Virus record (IMG/VR): IMGVR_UViG_2857349434_000001
Span: 1 to 64,000 of that record
DNA length: 64,000 bases
Source: a virus
Taxonomy: Duplodnaviria > Heunggongvirae > Uroviricota > Caudoviricetes
Strand: one strand, 5' to 3'
This document shows, in pieces, positions 22,195 to 32,440 of the stretch. Within the stretch, counting starts at the first letter, position 1, and every line of letters begins with the position of its first letter. Under the pieces are notes generated by a model. That model had not been told where the DNA came from. It saw only the letters and a list, made by a program, of their open reading frames with translations, and ran no database searches. The position numbers and the translations under genes are program-made.

Positions 22195-24639
22195 TCACTT
22201 CTTCGAGCCCACAACTGTGACGTAGTTGTAGACGATGTCGGTGCCCCCACTCCGGATCTCGCGCAGCTGTTCGAACCTGAAGGCGCCGGCCAGCTCCTTC
22301 ATCAATGCGTGAAATCTCGTCCGGGGCACACGCATCACACCCCCCGCCATTGCGCAGAAGGCCCAGTATTCGTCGAAAAGGAGATCCCCCGTAGTGCGGG
22401 TCTTGGAAGGAGACAGGCCCTCGTGCTCGCGCACGCCCACCTTGAGACGAGGGCTTTGGGATAAAAAATAACGGACCGAATTGTTCTGGTTCGCCATGTC
22501 GTCGATCACCACCCGGTGGGAGGAGGGCAAGGTGTAGTCCTTGTTCGCCTTCAGCCGAGCCAGGCCCTGGAGCGCCCAGGCGACGATCTGCTCGCGCTCG
22601 GCCGCCAGGATGATCTGGTCGATGTCGATGACCTTCTTCTCGTCCGGGATGCGCCGCGGAAACTCCAGGAACAGCCAGCGACGGTTGAAGCCGTCCGATG
22701 TGTCCTTGGTCTTGGGCGAGTGATTGGACGCGAACCACTGCGCCGCCGTGGGGTGGACGTCGAACGGCGTCTGGTTCTTGTGCTGGACGGTGATCTGCTC
22801 GCCGCAGACGATCTGCTTGAAGATCTCGCCGGCGATCTCTCGCTTCTCCGAGATCTCGCCCGCGAAGTTGACCAGCTTGTCGGCCATCTGCGCCGGCAGG
22901 AACTTGTCGTGCCAGTCGGTCGGAGGGATCGCGGAATAGCTCCCATGGGGCACCAGGCCCTTGAGGATCTCCAGGATGCGGCTCTTGCCGCTGTGTGCTT
23001 GGCCGATCAGGCAGAACGCTCGCTGGAAACGTGGTGCAACTCCCATTAGCGTTACAGCAAGAGCCTCCTGGAGCGCCATCACTTTGTCACCATAGTCCGG
23101 GTCCTCGCCCCAGCAGTCGTCCAGCATCTGCAGGAAGAGCGGGCAGCGGCTGTCCTCCTGGTACCGATAGGGCAGCACGTAGGTGCAGCCATACTCCGGC
23201 GAGTGCGGCTTCAGCACCATGTCCTCGGTCAGGAAGCCGTTGGCGAAGTTCACGCCGATCAGCGCCACGGACTTGAGCTCACCGGCCAGCCGGTTGGCCA
23301 TCAGCTTCACGATCTGGGAGATGTCGGAGTAGCGCCGGCACGCCGGCAGGTTCGAATACTCGTCCGAGATGTGCTTGACGAAGTCGTTCGGGTCGACGAT
23401 CTGCCAGCACGCGCCCTTCCACTGCCAGAACTGGCCCTGGTGGTGCTTCAGCTGGCCGAACTCCTGCATGTCCTTGATCGCGGCCTTGGCGATCTCGGTG
23501 TGGTCGGTGCCGTTGATCTCGCCGGCGCGCAGCTTTTGGAGCTCCTTGCGCAGCGTGCCGACCGTGTAGACGCCCTTGGACGCCGACACGATGAACTTCA
23601 GGATGCGCTCCTCGTCCAGCGACTTGAGCTCGGTGTTGCGCGCGATGCGATCGAGCGCGAACTCGACGGCGCGCGTCCAGCCGGCCGTGTCGGGCGTCAC
23701 ATGGCGCTCGAACTCGACGACCAGGTGGTCGACGATCCGCTCGGCGCCCCATGCCTCGTTCTCCTCGGTGATGACGAGTCCGAGCTTCTCCTTCTCCTCG
23801 GCCGTCAGCCCGTCGTCCCAGCCTTCGGGCAGCGCGCGGCGCTTCTCGCCGGTGACGTCGCGCATCAGGAAGTCGACGACCTTGGTCTGCGCCTTGCCGA
23901 TGTCGACCCCGTCGCCGGCCACCTTCTCGGTGTAGCCCTCGACCCACGCCTTCATCTCGCCCATGGCCTCGACCAGGGTCCGCTCGCCGCGGGTCACGGC
24001 CCGGGCGAGAAGCCCGGCGTTGAAGACGAGCGCGTTGTCGCGCGCGCCGGCCGGCACGAAGGAGGTGATCTTGGTGTTGCCCGACGACGAGAGCTCAAAG
24101 CCCTCGGCCTTCAGGGCTTCCCGTAGGAGCACTTCCACGTTCTTCGGCAGCGCGGGGAGGGCACCGATGACGTCGGTCAGGTCGCAATTGGCCGAATAGG
24201 CCTTGCCCGTGTCCGGGTGGATCGACGGAGGCAGCACGATCTGCGTGCCCTTGGACAGACACTCGAGCAGCATCTGGCCCGCGCCGTCCTTGATGCGGAA
24301 GGTGCGCTCGCCCTCGAACCGGAACGCCAGGACGGCGCCCTTACGACCGACGCGGCGCCACGGAGAGGCCGGCAGGAGCTGTTCGACGATGCGCTGGACC
24401 CTCGGGTCCTCGCTGTCGATGTCGATCGCCACGACGCCGGAGGCCGCGCCCATCGGCAGACCGATGTTGCCGGTGCCCTTGAAGCGCAGCCACTCGTGTT
24501 GCTCGCGCTCGGTCGGCATCCGGTCGGCGAAAACCTGCCAGGCGTCGATCCACGGGTTCTTGAAACCGACCCTCAGAGGGATCGCGGGCTTGCCCAGGGC
24601 CCAATATTTGGGGGCTTCGGAGGCAAAAATACCGGTCAT
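22195..24639 (-). CDS. bifunctional primase-polymerase (Prim-Pol) fused to a D5/P4-alpha-type helicase (814 aa)
   Basis: N-term VAIDIDSED ... GTQIVLPPSIHPDTGKAY (Prim-Pol); central Walker A GQAHSGKS within a D5_N/primase_C-like NTPase region. Confidence 0.8.
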   Translation of the reverse strand: MTGIFASEAPKYWALGKPAIPLRVGFKNPWIDAWQVFADRMPTEREQHEWLRFKGTGNIGLPMGAASGVVAIDIDSEDPRVQRIVEQLLPASPWRRVGRKGAVLAFRFEGERTFRIKDGAGQMLLECLSKGTQIVLPPSIHPDTGKAYSANCDLTDVIGALPALPKNVEVLLREALKAEGFELSSSGNTKITSFVPAGARDNALVFNAGLLARAVTRGERTLVEAMGEMKAWVEGYTEKVAGDGVDIGKAQTKVVDFLMRDVTGEKRRALPEGWDDGLTAEEKEKLGLVITEENEAWGAERIVDHLVVEFERHVTPDTAGWTRAVEFALDRIARNTELKSLDEERILKFIVSASKGVYTVGTLRKELQKLRAGEINGTDHTEIAKAAIKDMQEFGQLKHHQGQFWQWKGACWQIVDPNDFVKHISDEYSNLPACRRYSDISQIVKLMANRLAGELKSVALIGVNFANGFLTEDMVLKPHSPEYGCTYVLPYRYQEDSRCPLFLQMLDDCWGEDPDYGDKVMALQEALAVTLMGVAPRFQRAFCLIGQAHSGKSRILEILKGLVPHGSYSAIPPTDWHDKFLPAQMADKLVNFAGEISEKREIAGEIFKQIVCGEQITVQHKNQTPFDVHPTAAQWFASNHSPKTKDTSDGFNRRWLFLEFPRRIPDEKKVIDIDQIILAAEREQIVAWALQGLARLKANKDYTLPSSHRVVIDDMANQNNSVRYFLSQSPRLKVGVREHEGLSPSKTRTTGDLLFDEYWAFCAMAGGVMRVPRTRFHALMKELAGAFRFEQLREIRSGGTDIVYNYVTVVGSKK

Positions 24640-25094
24640 GCGAGCTCCTTGACGCGCTCTTTCAGCGCCTGGATCTGGTCCTTCGTGCAGATTTCGGTCA
24701 GGAAACCCATGATTTTGGCCTGAAAATCGGCCATTTCCTTCATCGTCCAGACCTTTTCGCGCGCTGCGACCAGCTTCTCGACGAGGCCGGCGCGCGCCTT
24801 GGCGACCTGCAATTTTTCGCTGTGATCGGCATTTCCGAGGCCATCGACCAGCTTTTTCAGGTCGGCCAGGACGACAACAATCTCCTGCTCGACGTATTCA
24901 AGGCGGTCGGTCTCGCCGTCGAAGGTCGGGATCTCGGCCGCACTACCGCGGCTGGTGAGCTCCTTCAAGAAATCGCGGATGTTTTCGGGGTAGGGGGAGG
25001 TATCGAGGTAGGCCGGGTTGTCCTTCATCGACTGAAGAACCACCCGCAGCTGGAGGACAACGGCCTCCGGCAGTGTGGGATAGAAGGGTTGCAT
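24636..25094 (-). CDS. hypothetical protein (152 aa), first gene of the leftward operon
   Basis: Trimmed to Met51 with a GGAG RBS; coupled to the primase. Confidence 0.5.
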   Translation of the reverse strand: MQPFYPTLPEAVVLQLRVVLQSMKDNPAYLDTSPYPENIRDFLKELTSRGSAAEIPTFDGETDRLEYVEQEIVVVLADLKKLVDGLGNADHSEKLQVAKARAGLVEKLVAAREKVWTMKEMADFQAKIMGFLTEICTKDQIQALKERVKELA

Positions 25095-25205
25095 AAGGTA
25101 CTCCGGGTTCGGACACCTCATGTGGGGGCGAATTTTTGAACATCGACCCCGATACTCTAGGACAAGAAGGAAGAAATTCGGAAACAACAGGCCGATATTA
25201 CCCAC
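25095..25205. promoter_or_regulatory. divergent early/late intergenic switch region, lower GC, flanked by the 10-bp inverted repeat CTCATGTGGG / CCCACATGAG
   Basis: Read directly; genes diverge from this point. Confidence 0.45.
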
Positions 25206-26948
25206 ATGAGCCTGTTTGCGGACTTCTACACTCGTCTTGCACAAAAATTCCCGGAAGACGGGACAGAAATGTCCATGTCCGACTTCATCTGCGCGAACAC
25301 CACGCTGCGGAAGAAGCCGTTCTCGCTCAAGGGCTACGAGTTCCAGCGCGCCATCATCGACGACCTACACCTCAACCTCTCGGTCATCAAATGCTCGCAG
25401 GTGGGCCTGACCGAGGTTCAGATCCGCAAATTCCTGAGCTTCCTGAAGCGCACCAACGGCGTCAACGGCATCTTCAGCCTGCCCAACGACGAAATGTACA
25501 AGCGCGTCAGCCAGACCCGCATCAAGCCGATCATCGACGAGGACCAGGTCTTCAACCAGCACGACCCGTCGAAGAAGCCGGTGCGCTCCATGGCGCTCTA
25601 CCAGATCGACGACAGCTTCGGCTTCATCACCGGCGGCAAGGAAGGTGACGCGACCTCGATCAATGCCGACGTCATGTTCAACGACGAGTTCGACCTGACC
25701 GACCAGGAGATCCTGGCGCTCTACGGCTCGCGCCTGCAGGGCTCCGACATCAGGATGCGCCAGGGCTTCTCGACGCCGACCTTCGAGGGCTACGGGATCG
25801 ACTCCTCCTACAAGGCCTCCGACCAGCACGAATACCTATGCCGGTGCGGCTGCGGGCACTGGAACCTACCGGTCTTCAATCCGAAATTCATCCGCCTGCC
25901 GGGCCTCTCCTCGGACATCAACGATCTCAGCGAGATCGACACCGACATGGCGGCCAAGATCGACTTCGACGACAGCTACGTCATGTGCGAGCACTGCGGC
26001 CGCGCGCTCGACCTGGGCGAGCCCAGCATCCGCGAGTGGGTGCCTCGCCACCCTGGCCGGCTCGGCCGCGGCTACTGGGTCAGGCCGTTCGCAACACCCC
26101 GTCTTTCCGTCCGCTACATCGTCACCGAGCTGCTCGACTACAAGCGGAAGAACTCGATGCGCCGCTGGTACAACACCGTGCTCGGCGAACCCTACAACGA
26201 CGCGAATGCCCGCCTCTCCATCCCGGAGATCGAGGCCGTCATGAAAGGCGAAGGAGCCGTAGATGTACCCTTGGGATCTCCAGTGGCTGTGGGTGTGGAC
26301 GTCGGTCAGACCTGTCATGTTGTCGTGGCTCATCTGGGACTATCGGTACCGGTTGTTTTTAAATGGCTGCAGGTTCCATCAGGGGAGCTGAAGGAGACAC
26401 TGGCAGAGCTCCAGGCCAACTACCGGGTTGTCGCCGGCGCCATGGACCTTAACCCCTATGCGCCCACCGCCAGGGAGATCCACGCCGAGTCCAAGGGCGT
26501 CATCGTGCCCGTTGAATATGCGACGAGCCTCAAGGCGGCGCCCGTGACGCTCGTCAAGGACGAGATGGACAACATCACACACGTCTCGTCCAACCGCACG
26601 CAGATCATCGACAAGGTCGTGGGCGCAATCCGCGGCCACTCGATCGCCTTCGCTGGCTATGGCAACAAGAAGCTGATCATTCAAACCCACCTGCAGGACA
26701 TGGTGCGCGTCGAGCTGCCGGAACAGCCGGCCAAATGGGTCAAGCTCACCGGCGACGACCACTTCTTCCACGCGCTCGGCTACCTGCTCCACAGTCTGCG
26801 CGTCCACACCTACATCGAGAGCCAGGTCGAGCAGGAGGAGCGGCAGATGTCGATGCTCTTTGGCCTGGTCCAATCAGTGCAGCAAAACGAGGCAGGGCTG
26901 AACTACAAGACCCGCATTCGGACCCCATCTCTGTTGGGTCTCGGATAG
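25206..26948 (+). CDS. terminase large subunit
   Basis: 580 aa at the head of the late operon; ATPase plus nuclease architecture typical of TerL (GpA/Terminase_6-like); no small subunit seen upstream. Confidence 0.75.
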   Translation: MSLFADFYTRLAQKFPEDGTEMSMSDFICANTTLRKKPFSLKGYEFQRAIIDDLHLNLSVIKCSQVGLTEVQIRKFLSFLKRTNGVNGIFSLPNDEMYKRVSQTRIKPIIDEDQVFNQHDPSKKPVRSMALYQIDDSFGFITGGKEGDATSINADVMFNDEFDLTDQEILALYGSRLQGSDIRMRQGFSTPTFEGYGIDSSYKASDQHEYLCRCGCGHWNLPVFNPKFIRLPGLSSDINDLSEIDTDMAAKIDFDDSYVMCEHCGRALDLGEPSIREWVPRHPGRLGRGYWVRPFATPRLSVRYIVTELLDYKRKNSMRRWYNTVLGEPYNDANARLSIPEIEAVMKGEGAVDVPLGSPVAVGVDVGQTCHVVVAHLGLSVPVVFKWLQVPSGELKETLAELQANYRVVAGAMDLNPYAPTAREIHAESKGVIVPVEYATSLKAAPVTLVKDEMDNITHVSSNRTQIIDKVVGAIRGHSIAFAGYGNKKLIIQTHLQDMVRVELPEQPAKWVKLTGDDHFFHALGYLLHSLRVHTYIESQVEQEERQMSMLFGLVQSVQQNEAGLNYKTRIRTPSLLGLG

Positions 26949-26957
26949 GGGAGCCCT

Positions 26958-27260
26958 ATGGCCAAACTCAACATCGTTCTCGGCTTTGCCGAAGCCCAAC
27001 CCGCCGGCATGAAGCCGGTCATGAGCGACGACGTTGTCGACGTCCAGACGCTCGACGTTACACCCTCCAACCAGGTCTCCGACATCATGTCTGACAAGAC
27101 CGACCAGGTGTGGATGCTGACCGCGATCGGAGGCGACGTCTGGGTCGCGTTCGGCAAGGAGCCGATCGCAGCCGTGGGAGACAGCATCCCACTGATGGCA
27201 GGCGTGCCCTACACCTTCTCCGCAACCCCGACCTTCACTGTGGCGGCGATCTCGGAATGA
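26958..27260 (+). CDS. hypothetical protein (100 aa)
   Basis: Coupled to the neighbouring genes. Confidence 0.5.
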   Translation: MAKLNIVLGFAEAQPAGMKPVMSDDVVDVQTLDVTPSNQVSDIMSDKTDQVWMLTAIGGDVWVAFGKEPIAAVGDSIPLMAGVPYTFSATPTFTVAAISE

Positions 27261-28732
27261 TGCGTCTTGGCCTGGGCCTCGGCCTCACGGCCACTGCAAT
27301 TGCGACCGGGGTGGTGGCACCCCCGCCGGTCGCGCCTGTCTTCCTGCCGACGCTCACCACGGCCCCATCGCTGGTGCTTGGCACCACCCGGCTGGTCGAG
27401 GCCTATTCCGGCCCCGCGGTGCGCGTCCAGCGCGTGTCCGACGACGCCGAGCAGGACATTGGCTTTACCTCGAAATATCTCAGCAAGAGCGCGGCCGACG
27501 CCTTCCGGGGCGTGAGCGACCTGGGCGTCAAGACCTGGTACGATCAGAGCGGCAATGGCTTCCACCAGGCGCAGGCCGCCAAGGTCAACCAGCCTGGTCT
27601 GTACGCGAACGCCTCCTATAACGGTGCGCCTGCGATTTCATTCGACAGTTCCCCGCTGGCAGTCGGCGTTCGCTCCAAGTTCATGGCCAACACGGCTGGA
27701 CCGACCATCGCCAAGGAGGCCTTTACCGAGTTCTATCTGATCGTTCCGTCATTCTCGTTCAACGACAACTACTTCGGCTCGCACCCAGCCGATGCCACCA
27801 CGGTGTCGCTGTACACGCGGACGACCAACGTCGGCCTGCTGGGCAACAACACGTCTCCCTACCTCGACCAGCGAACTGGCATGAAGCGTCCACCGCCGAT
27901 CATCCCTCACGTCCTGCGCTGGCGCGGTGGGCCATCAGGGAAGCAGTTTGGCGTCAACGGTAATACCTTCACGGTGAACACGGCACCTGCCGCCGGGAAC
28001 GTCACAGGCTTTGGCTTAGGTCGCTGGAACAACACCATCCCAAGCTCCTACGACGGCGAGTTCGATATCATCGCCTACGTCTGCTACCCGGCAGCACTTT
28101 CGGATGCTGATTGCGTTCTCGTTGAGACGGCCCTCAAGGCCCAGTGCGGCGTGGTCACCAACCAGTCCGTCAAGATCATCTTCGACGGTGACAGCCGCAC
28201 GGAAGGCTCAGGCAACTCCCAGAACCGGACGTGGCCTAAGAAGCTCCTGGCTTCGATCTCCACGCCGGTCTACGCAACGAACATGGGCGTCGGCGGTCAG
28301 ACCCTCAACACCATGTCGACCAACGTCGCAGCCCGGGTGGCCTCTCAGTACGACGCCTCGTTCGCCAAGAACCTAGTGGTCCTGGGTGGCCCTGGCATCA
28401 ACGACTTCACGGCTGGTGCGACGGCGGCACAAGTTCAAGGGTACATGACGACCTATGCTGCTGGCCTCAACGCCGGTCAGACCCTCGTGGTCGCCACGGT
28501 CCCCCTCCGCTCGACCGAAACCGTTGGCCCGCGCCAAGCCTACAACACATGGCTCCGCGCCAACTACGCCTCGCTCAAGGCTGGCACGATCCTCGTAGAT
28601 CTTGATGCGATCCCAGAGTTCGCGACTTACTCGACGACGTACTGGATCGACATCGTCCATTTCAACGACGCGGGACAGCAGCTTTGGGCTAACGCCTTCA
28701 AGCCTGTCATTGAGGCCCTGATCGCAGCGTAG
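27257..28732 (+). CDS. SGNH/GDSL-hydrolase-domain protein (491 aa) with a hydrophobic N-terminus
   Basis: Trimmed to Met50; the C-terminal half has IIFDGDSRTEGSGN (GDSx block I) plus later G and DxxH-like blocks. Confidence 0.6.
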   Translation: MMRLGLGLGLTATAIATGVVAPPPVAPVFLPTLTTAPSLVLGTTRLVEAYSGPAVRVQRVSDDAEQDIGFTSKYLSKSAADAFRGVSDLGVKTWYDQSGNGFHQAQAAKVNQPGLYANASYNGAPAISFDSSPLAVGVRSKFMANTAGPTIAKEAFTEFYLIVPSFSFNDNYFGSHPADATTVSLYTRTTNVGLLGNNTSPYLDQRTGMKRPPPIIPHVLRWRGGPSGKQFGVNGNTFTVNTAPAAGNVTGFGLGRWNNTIPSSYDGEFDIIAYVCYPAALSDADCVLVETALKAQCGVVTNQSVKIIFDGDSRTEGSGNSQNRTWPKKLLASISTPVYATNMGVGGQTLNTMSTNVAARVASQYDASFAKNLVVLGGPGINDFTAGATAAQVQGYMTTYAAGLNAGQTLVVATVPLRSTETVGPRQAYNTWLRANYASLKAGTILVDLDAIPEFATYSTTYWIDIVHFNDAGQQLWANAFKPVIEALIAA

Positions 28733-28817
28733 GGGTGTGCATCACCGTGCATCGCGCCTCGGTGGGCTCGCCGGAGGCCAGCCCCCATCTGTCCAGTGAC
28801 TTTCATAAGGACATGCT

Positions 28818-30263
28818 GTGGCGGCTTTCGATTTTCTCAGCGCGATCATCCCTGCGAAGAAGAAAGCCAAGGTTGGCGGCACCGCTTCGACGCCCACCTT
28901 CAACCCGCAGCAGGTAGACCGCGTCCTCACCGTCCCGCAGTACCGGGACCACCTCACCGATCTCTTCACGTCCAGGCAGTCCGACGACAGCCGGACCCTC
29001 CTGCAGCAGCTCTTCAAGTTCGACCCGGATGTCTCGGCGGCGATGAACGCCTACCTGACGATGGCGAACACAGACTGGATCGTGCTCGCGCGCGACCTGG
29101 AGCAGAACATCGATCGTGACGCGACCAAGTCGCTGATGCTGGCGATCGAGAAGCTCGGCCGGCCGACCGACTACACCCTGGGCTTCCAGCTGAAGAAGTC
29201 GATGCGCGCGATCGCCGAGGAGCTGCGCTACATGTGCCTGCTCCGCGGTGGCATCGCCGCCGAGCTCATCGTCGACAAGCAGATGCTTCCCGACCGCATC
29301 CGCAACGTCGATCTGTCCACCATCCAGTGGTACGAAAAGAAGCCGGGCGAATACAAGCCGATCCAGAAGATCGCGGGCTCGAACGACGAGACCAATCTCG
29401 ACATCCCAAGCTTCTTCGTCTCGCACTACCGCAAGGACCCGACCTCGATCTACGGCTATTCGCCGTTCGTGTCGTCAATCAACACGATCGCCGCGCGCCA
29501 GCAGGTGATCAACGACCTCTACCGCATCATGCGCCTGACGGGCTTCCCGCGCATGCAGATCGAGGTCGTCGAAGAGGTCCTGACCAAGAACGCGCCGGAA
29601 AACATCAAGCAGGACGACGTCAAGCTGCGCGAGTGGAAGGCCAACCGCCTGGGCGAGATCCGCCAGGTGATCGAGGGCCTCCGCTCCGACCAGCCACTGA
29701 TCCATTTCGACAGCGTGCAGCCGTCGATGATGAACGACCAGAAGCCGGGCGCCGGCGTCGACATCACGGCGGTCATCGAAACGCTCAACGCCCAGAACCA
29801 GGCTGCGCTCAAGACCATGGCGACCGTCATCGGCCGCGGCGCTTCGGGCGTCAACACCGGCTCGGTCGAGGCGCGCATCGCCGCCATGAACGCTGATGAG
29901 CTTAACGAGCCGGTCGCCGAGCTGCTGCAGAACGTCTTCTCCTTCATCCTGCACCAGGCCGGCTTCCAGGGCTTCGCTGAGGTTCAGTTCCGTAAGGCTG
30001 AGCTGCGCCCCGACACCGAACTCGAGCCGCAGCTGACGCTGAAGTCGACCCGGCTGCGCCAGGATCTGTCGGACGGCCTGATCACCGACGACGAGTATCA
30101 CCTGTGGATGTACGGCCGGCTCCGGCCTGACAGCGCGCCGGAGGTCTCCGGCACCAAGTTCGTCACGCCCGTCAAGACGCAGGCCGACAAGGTCAGCCCC
30201 AACTCCGACCCGCTCGGCCGCTCGCTGGCGCCCGAGGGTGGTGAAGCCGCGAGGAGCAACTGA
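28818..30263 (+). CDS. portal protein
   Basis: 481 aa, position after the terminase; GTG start with an AAGGA RBS. Confidence 0.65.
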   Translation: MAAFDFLSAIIPAKKKAKVGGTASTPTFNPQQVDRVLTVPQYRDHLTDLFTSRQSDDSRTLLQQLFKFDPDVSAAMNAYLTMANTDWIVLARDLEQNIDRDATKSLMLAIEKLGRPTDYTLGFQLKKSMRAIAEELRYMCLLRGGIAAELIVDKQMLPDRIRNVDLSTIQWYEKKPGEYKPIQKIAGSNDETNLDIPSFFVSHYRKDPTSIYGYSPFVSSINTIAARQQVINDLYRIMRLTGFPRMQIEVVEEVLTKNAPENIKQDDVKLREWKANRLGEIRQVIEGLRSDQPLIHFDSVQPSMMNDQKPGAGVDITAVIETLNAQNQAALKTMATVIGRGASGVNTGSVEARIAAMNADELNEPVAELLQNVFSFILHQAGFQGFAEVQFRKAELRPDTELEPQLTLKSTRLRQDLSDGLITDDEYHLWMYGRLRPDSAPEVSGTKFVTPVKTQADKVSPNSDPLGRSLAPEGGEAARSN

Positions 30264-30607
30264 TGGCCGTGAACATGAGAGGCAAGGTCATTGAGGCTGG
30301 CTACCCGTGGCGCATCCGCATCGGCTTTCGCAACTCGCTGGTCTTCGACGCGGGGGCGACATTTGCCATGCACGTCCGCGCCAAGGCCGAGGACGCTAAT
30401 CCGATCGTGGCACTGACGACCGCCAACGGCGGCGTAACCATGGTCGACGCGACCACGCTCGACATCAAGATCCCGGCGACGGACGCGAGCATCTGGCCGG
30501 TCGGCAAGACCGTGGTCATGGACCTCGTCCGCACCGATGGTGGCTCGCCCGAGCACCTCGGTCTCCGCCTCCAGGTTCCCGTCCGCAACCCGGTGACGAG
30601 GCTGTAA
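30263..30607 (+). CDS. hypothetical protein (114 aa)
   Basis: ATGA coupling. Confidence 0.5.
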   Translation: MAVNMRGKVIEAGYPWRIRIGFRNSLVFDAGATFAMHVRAKAEDANPIVALTTANGGVTMVDATTLDIKIPATDASIWPVGKTVVMDLVRTDGGSPEHLGLRLQVPVRNPVTRL

Positions 30608-32440
30608 GTGGAAAACATCATCATCATCGATCCGGGTGACGCTGAACTGCTCGTGGATGGCAGCACGACCGGCGACGGCGAAATCATTGTCGACAGCGGC
30701 AGCGGCGAGATGATCGTGCAGGGCGCGCTCGCCGGGGACGGCGAAGCTAGCCTCACGATCGACGGCGTCGGCGTAGCCGGCCCCAAGGGCGATAAGGGTG
30801 ACCAGGGTGACCCGGGCCCCAAGGGCGACAAGGGCGATCAGGGCATCCAGGGAGATCAGGGTCCGAAGGGTGACAAGGGCGACCAGGGCATCCAGGGTAT
30901 TCAGGGAGAGCAGGGCCCGAAGGGCGACAAGGGCGATCAGGGCATCCAGGGTGTCCAAGGTGACCCAGGCCCGAAGGGTGACCAGGGTGACCAAGGCATC
31001 CAGGGCCTGAAGGGCGACAAGGGTGACCAGGGCGACCAAGGCCTGAAGGGTGATCAGGGTGATCAGGGCCCGAAGGGTGACCAGGGCGACCAAGGCCTGA
31101 AGGGCGACAAGGGCGCCGAGGTCTTCTACATCGTGGGCGCCCCCCAGGCGGCCGATGGGCGCGTGGGGGATTTTGCCTACACCGACAGCGCCGACGTCTA
31201 CGAGAAGACCGACGCCGTCACCTGGACCTTCCGCTTCAACACCAAGGGTCCGAAGGGCGATCAGGGCGACCAAGGCCCGAAGGGGGACCAGGGTGACCCG
31301 GGCACTGGCGACATGCTGGCCGCCACCTACGACACCAACTCGGATGGCAAGGTCAACGCCGCCGACGTGGCCGACAGCGCTCCGTGGGCCGGCATCACCG
31401 ACAAGCCGGCGGAGTTCCCGCCGGAAGCCCACACGCACGCCGACGCCACCACGGCCGACTCCGGCTTCATGTCGGCGGCCGACAAGACCAAGCTCGATGG
31501 CATCGCCGCCCAGGCCACGAAGAACGCGACCGACGCCCAGCTGCGCGACCGCTCGACCCACACCGGCACGCAGCCGCTCTCGACGATCTCGGACGCCGGT
31601 ACAGCCGCGGCGAAGAACGTCGGCACCGCTGCTGGTGAAGTCCCAGTGCTCGACAGCGGCGGCAAGATCCCGGCCGCCGTGCTGCCATCCTTCGTGGACG
31701 ATGTGCTCGAGTTCCCTGACCTGGCATCCCTCCCGACCACAGGCGAGTCCGGCAAAATCTACGTCACACTGGACAACAACTGGGAGTATCGCTGGGGCGG
31801 CTCCACCTACATCCGCCTGGTGGCCTCGCCAGGTTCAACCGACGCCGTGCCGGAAGGCGCGACCAACCTCTATTTCACGGCGGCGCGGGCTCTCAACACC
31901 GTCCTGACCGGGTTCTCCATCACCAATGCCGCGGTCACCGCCGCCGACACGATCCTGACGGCGATCGGCAAGCTGCAGGGTCTGATCAACTCGCTGACGA
32001 CGACCGTCGCCGGCAAGGCGAACACTGTCCACACGCACGCGGCCGGCGACATCACCTCCGGCACGATTGCGGACGCACGCCTGGCCGCTCGTCTTGGACC
32101 CGTCTGCCAAACCGTCACCGACATGAACACAGCCACGGCAAACGGCTGGTGGATGGGTAGCGCTATGGCGAATGCCCCGGACGGTAACTGGTATTTCGGC
32201 ATTACCATCACTCACATCGAAGCCCTGTGGCTCCAGCAGGACATCTACGGCTTCACCACCGACGTCGAGGCCGGTGACACCAAGCACTACCGCCGCTACC
32301 GCAAGAACGGTACCTGGGGCAACTGGTTCAAGGTCTATGACAGCGTTGGTGAGCTCGGGAGCATCATTGGTCGCAGCTTGACCATCTCCACCGCGGCCCC
32401 CTCGGGCGGTGTGGACGGCGATATCTGGATCCAGATCTGA
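30608..32440 (+). CDS. collagen-like (Gly-X-Y repeat) fibre protein, 610 aa
   Basis: GDKGDQGDPGPKGDKGDQG... triplet repeats (about 30780-31140), then a non-repetitive C-terminal domain; GTG start. Confidence 0.7.
   Translation: MENIIIIDPGDAELLVDGSTTGDGEIIVDSGSGEMIVQGALAGDGEASLTIDGVGVAGPKGDKGDQGDPGPKGDKGDQGIQGDQGPKGDKGDQGIQGIQGEQGPKGDKGDQGIQGVQGDPGPKGDQGDQGIQGLKGDKGDQGDQGLKGDQGDQGPKGDQGDQGLKGDKGAEVFYIVGAPQAADGRVGDFAYTDSADVYEKTDAVTWTFRFNTKGPKGDQGDQGPKGDQGDPGTGDMLAATYDTNSDGKVNAADVADSAPWAGITDKPAEFPPEAHTHADATTADSGFMSAADKTKLDGIAAQATKNATDAQLRDRSTHTGTQPLSTISDAGTAAAKNVGTAAGEVPVLDSGGKIPAAVLPSFVDDVLEFPDLASLPTTGESGKIYVTLDNNWEYRWGGSTYIRLVASPGSTDAVPEGATNLYFTAARALNTVLTGFSITNAAVTAADTILTAIGKLQGLINSLTTTVAGKANTVHTHAAGDITSGTIADARLAARLGPVCQTVTDMNTATANGWWMGSAMANAPDGNWYFGITITHIEALWLQQDIYGFTTDVEAGDTKHYRRYRKNGTWGNWFKVYDSVGELGSIIGRSLTISTAAPSGGVDGDIWIQI

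Noticed and set aside
30780-31140. Regular short nucleotide repeats that could be mistaken for a CRISPR array or satellite
   Set aside because: They are in-frame Gly-X-Y collagen-like codon repeats within a 610-aa ORF. The repeat units are not separated by unique spacers and no cas genes are present.
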